From the NCBI GenBank assembly GCA_028534125.1, contig CM052851.1, positions 8,680,001 through 8,744,000 on the forward strand: a stretch of DNA of 64,000 bases, given 5' to 3'. Under the pieces are notes generated by a model, which ran no database searches, was not told the DNA's origin, and worked only from the letters and a program-made list of their open reading frames with translations. The DNA comes from Lama glama. Lineage: Eukaryota. The stretch's first letter is position 1, and every line of letters begins with the position of its first letter. The position numbers and the translations under genes are program-made. This document shows, one piece after another, positions 60,389 to 64,000 of the stretch.

Positions 60389-61757
60389 AGCGGAGTCTTT
60401 CGCGGGCTCGCGCCCGGGGCGTGGGGGCGGTGGGCGCCCGGCTCTGGCCGCGGCTGAAGTTGCGTGGGCGGCCGGGAGGGGCAGGACCTGCCGCGCTGCC
60501 TGCGGGGAAGGGAGATGCCTGGGTCCTTCTCCCTCAGGCCCCGCGTGACCGGGTTTAGCGTGGGAGAGGCAAAAAAGCGTGTAGGATCAGTGGAGAACTG
60601 GTTCATTGGGGAGGAGGAAAGGGAAAGATGAGTTCCACCTCCTCCGGGTGCTGAGCGCTCCCGGGAGGTCAAAGCACATATTCATCATCTGTGTCCTCTC
60701 CTCACTCCCCACCCCTACAGTGCCCAGCATCGTGCCTAGAATCCAAAAGGGCGCTTGGTCAAATGTGAATTCCCGGCAAAGAAAGAAAATCACCCATTCT
60801 AGCCTGCCTCACACTCTCCCATTCATTCACTTAACACACGTTCCCTGAGAGTTAGCCTTGAGCCTTTGAGCCGAGCACCACTGTCCGCGTGCCACGTCCC
60901 GTGTGCTAAGTGTCGGGAGTGGGTGGGCACAGACAAGCAGAACCCAGGCCCTGCCCTCAAGGAGCTCAGCCTAGTGGGTATTATTAGATCATCATAATAC
61001 AGGGTGCTTGTGGTGCAGGAGCTCAGCAGGGAGGGCGGATAGAGCTCTTAGAAGGGGGACTTAAGTAAGCCTTGGGGGAGGGAGTGGGTCTGGAGGACGT
61101 GATGACACAGTTGAATCTCAAAGATGGAGGAGAATTCAGAAGGGAAAGAGGAGTAGCATGTTTCAGGAGGGAGAGTGCCTCTAAAGTGTTCTCTGCGTCC
61201 TTTGTCATCCCAAGAAAACAGGGTGATGTGCAGCAGTTTGGTATAAGTGGGACCATAAGGAGCTATGTGTAAGGGGGGCTAAGATGGAGTGTCAGCCTGA
61301 AAATTATCTGGACTTCTGGGTTTAAAGTGAAACTCTAAGTCCAGGGCAGCCTTCCCTTCTGTCATGAAGCAGGTGGGAACTACTTCTCAAAAAAGTTCTT
61401 TATTACTTGTGATTATTTTGAAGGCAAACTCCAGCTTATTAAAAAAAAAAAACTGGGGGTGGGGAGGACAAATACTGAGTGGGATGCCTCAGGGAATTCA
61501 AAAAAAAGTTGGACCCTCCCAACCTCAGGAAGGGCAGGGATCAGAGAGACTTTAAGGACTGACTGTAGCAAAGTAGTTTAGGATCCTTCTGTCTAGATCA
61601 CTGCAATAAATCAGAATCAGAACTGCTAAACTCAATGCCCCTTGGTTCAAAGTTCTAGATTCCCAATAGAAAGAATCTTCTTGGTCCAGCTTGGGGCATG
61701 GTCAATTATAACAGCTACATTCCATCCCCTTAGCTGCCCAGGGCTCACTAATTCACA

Positions 61758-61760
<3 letters not shown>

Positions 61761-61798
<38 letters not shown>
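61761..61798. repeat. (CA)n microsatellite, about 19 units
   Basis: Perfect dinucleotide run. Confidence 0.97.
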
Positions 61799-61800
<2 letters not shown>

Positions 61801-62029
61801 ATGCATCCTCCGTTCATTCATCCAAAGTCACCTTCACCAAACAATATTGTGTTCCAATATTCCCTGGTCAGCCACCTCCAGACTTGATGTCACGATGAGC
61901 AACAGAGTTAAGATCTTCAAGGAGATGTCCATGTCCGTTTCTCCTCAAGGCTGATGGTGATCCCGTCCGGGCACTTAACAACTGAATTAAACATTACATT
62001 TAACTACCACCAAGCTGTCCTTTGAATTC

Positions 62030-62165
62030 TTGCTGCTCAAAGTGTGGCATTAGCACCATCACAGAAGCTTTTAAGAAATGCAGAATCTCCGGCCCCCAAA
62101 TCTCAGCAGGTTAACAGGATTTCCCTGCTGATTTATATGTACATTAAAGTTTGACAAGCACTGCT
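62030..62165. mobile_element. MER5-family DNA transposon remnant
   Basis: ctcaaagtgtgg...agaaatgcagaatctccggccc...tgtacattaaagtttgacaagcactg. Confidence 0.7.
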
Positions 62166-62309
62166 ATTATATATATGGATGGAAAGGAAAAGTACATGTA
62201 TGAAAAATGTTTTTTAATGGTGATCATTGCTGTTTAGAAAGAAAAGGGGAAGGGGTTAATTATGAAATCTTCAGCAACTCCAGTAACCAGCAAGGAAATA
62301 AATACAGGC

Positions 62310-62556
62310 TGTAGGTTTTATTTTTGCAACTGGTTGCAAACTCCTAAAAGATATTTGTTACTTTCTTCCTCTAACTCTTTATTCCACGGTCCACCTGCCT
62401 CCAGCCTGCATCTCATTTGCCTGGTGGACTGACCTGAGTCTCCATCCTTGAGAGCTGGAGCTGTTGGTGATCCTGGCTGTAAAGCATTGTAGCAGGCTTC
62501 TGTCTGCAGGTGGAGGAGGTGCTCCCCAGAGACCCTGCGTTCCACACATACCCTTC

Positions 62557-62591
<35 letters not shown>

Positions 62592-62885
62592 ATGATGATT
62601 CCCAAATGGCCAGATGGCAGTCCCAGTTTCCAGCTCAGCAAAACCATTATTGTGCCTCCTGGTGGTGCCTTCCTCCCTTCAGTTCTAAAACCACTAAATG
62701 ATCAAAACTCAGAATTGCCTGAACAAGAGGCAGACAGCAGGCATTCTGACCATGGTGGAAGTCACCATCACCACCTCCACTCCTAGTTCCAAGACCCTCC
62801 GGAAGAAACATACCATAACAGATGTCTAGTTCAGAGCATGTATATATACCCTGGGGACCTTACCTGGTCAGTCACTAGGCTGCTC
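62310..62885 (-). mobile_element. ERVL internal relic (integrase C-terminus / dUTPase region)
   Basis: Minus-strand peptides LSWKLGLPSGHLG and EEESNKYLLGVCNQLQK resemble the ERVL pol/dUTPase end (recalled LNWKLRLPPGHFG ... EEGSHQYQLRPRDQLQK). Confidence 0.75.
62558..62588. repeat. (TG)n microsatellite, about 15 units, inside the ERVL relic
   Basis: Perfect dinucleotide run. Confidence 0.97.
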
Positions 62886-62935
62886 CCTCTCCACTCCAGC
62901 ATCATGTTTGCCTTTCCCTCTGAATGCCTTCAGGG

Positions 62936-63035
62936 TTTTTTGTTTGTTTTTTTTTAACGGAGGTACTGGACTGGGGATCCAGGACCTGGTACATTCTAAG
63001 CATGCGCTGTACCACTGAGCTATACCCCCAGCCCC
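62936..63035 (-). mobile_element. tRNA-derived SINE of Vic-1 (camelid) type
   Basis: Minus strand GGGGCTGGGGGTATAGCTCAGTGGTACAGCGCATGCTTAG...AGTACCTCCGTTAAAAAAAAA; same family as the copy at 8.3 kb. Confidence 0.85.
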
Positions 63036-64000
63036 TCAGGCCTTTTTCTGACAGAGTTTGCCCAGGTGTGTTTGGAGTGAGGTACCAACGTTGTAAGCAG
63101 ACTGGAGCAGGGGAGGAGGACCAGAGTGAGTCCACCAGAATGGGCAGCAAGCCATAGATTGGTCCTGGTTCAGCTGCCAGACTGTGTTCCCTCAGCTCAG
63201 TGCCAAATTCCCACTCTGGCCTCAGTTTCCCCCTGGGTCCCAGTGGAGATAATAACATGGCTCCTCCTTCCAGGGGGACTGTGCAGATTAACTAATTAAT
63301 GAGTGTGACATCGTCTGCTTCCACAAAGGGGCTGATTAAATGCTGAGTGTTGTTATTAGAGCGATGGAGGGAGTGTGACAGGCAGAGTCGGCTGGAGACA
63401 GATCTGCCCCCCTCGCCTCCTCCCCACCCCCTTCCTCCGTCTGCCCCACATTCTGCAAGCTGAACATCTTGCAAGACAAAACCAAGATGATTTTTGGCAT
63501 CCCAAAGACAGTGTATAACTTTTGCGATTTCCCCTGTGTTGGAATGTGAGTCACGGCCCAGCTTCGTCGCATAATCTGTCTCCAACAGCTGGCGCAGCTG
63601 TGCCCTGCCCCAGACTCTCAGCTCCCAGCAGCTGCATAATGGGATGGCTTGGCCAGTGATTGCATCAGGTTAGAGCTGCCTGCAGAAAGACAACTGCAGA
63701 ATTCCTGAGCTGGGCACCAAACCCCTTACTGTACTGCCCCATGGTCCCAGCAATTGAGGGACCACCTTTCCTCACAGCCCAAGGGAGGGAAAGCCAGCGT
63801 GGCATACTGGCTTAAGGCTGGGGGATTCAAAGCATGCAAGGTTTTAAAGTATGAAGTATCTGCTCATGGCTGCAGGAGATTCAATGACTACAATTTAGCT
63901 TGGATGCAGGGTATAGGATAACTGGATGAAATCACAGCTCAGGACATGGTGACTTTAGCCTAGCTTGTTCCCAGATGCAAAAATCCAGAGAGGCCCCTGA

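Larger units (their letters stand above)
59930..60560. promoter_or_regulatory. CpG island, DAGLA promoter
   Basis: Very dense CpG and GC boxes (gggcgg) on both sides of the gap, upstream of the first coding exon. Confidence 0.88.

Noticed and set aside
59167-60672. Longest ORFs (463, 268, 252 and 210 aa) around the promoter
   Set aside because: They run through the N gap and a stop-poor CpG island; Pro/Arg/Ala-rich with no recognisable domain
1-64000. Prokaryote-type systems (CRISPR arrays, operons, defence islands) or a second nested gene
   Set aside because: The window is a mammalian intron-exon locus; no regularly spaced repeat array and no second coherent set of coding exons was found

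Overview
GC-rich mammalian genomic DNA, most likely camelid (two Vic-1-type tRNA-derived SINEs). Nearly the whole window is one gene on the minus strand: DAGLA (diacylglycerol lipase alpha, the 2-arachidonoylglycerol-synthesising enzyme). I traced all 19 coding exons (exons 2-20) by splice signals and phase. They join into an intact 3126-nt CDS (1041 aa) from ATG at 24817 to TAG at 2005. The CDS carries the GHSLG lipase motif, the Ser/Asp/His triad and a C-terminal Homer-binding PPxxF motif. Non-coding exon 1 and the promoter lie in a CpG island at about 59.9-60.6 kb, mostly hidden by a 236-nt assembly gap. The ~35 kb intron 1 is full of old MIR, L2 and MER repeats, and an ERVL relic lies upstream. 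I see no new multi-gene system, and nearly all other listed ORFs are GC-rich noise. The most interesting leads are regulatory: a recursive-splice-like 5' splice site at the start of the ATG-bearing exon, a GC-AG intron after the catalytic-Asp exon, an Rbfox motif cluster in the 3' UTR, an exonic RE1-like core, and candidate intronic enhancer or alternative-promoter elements.
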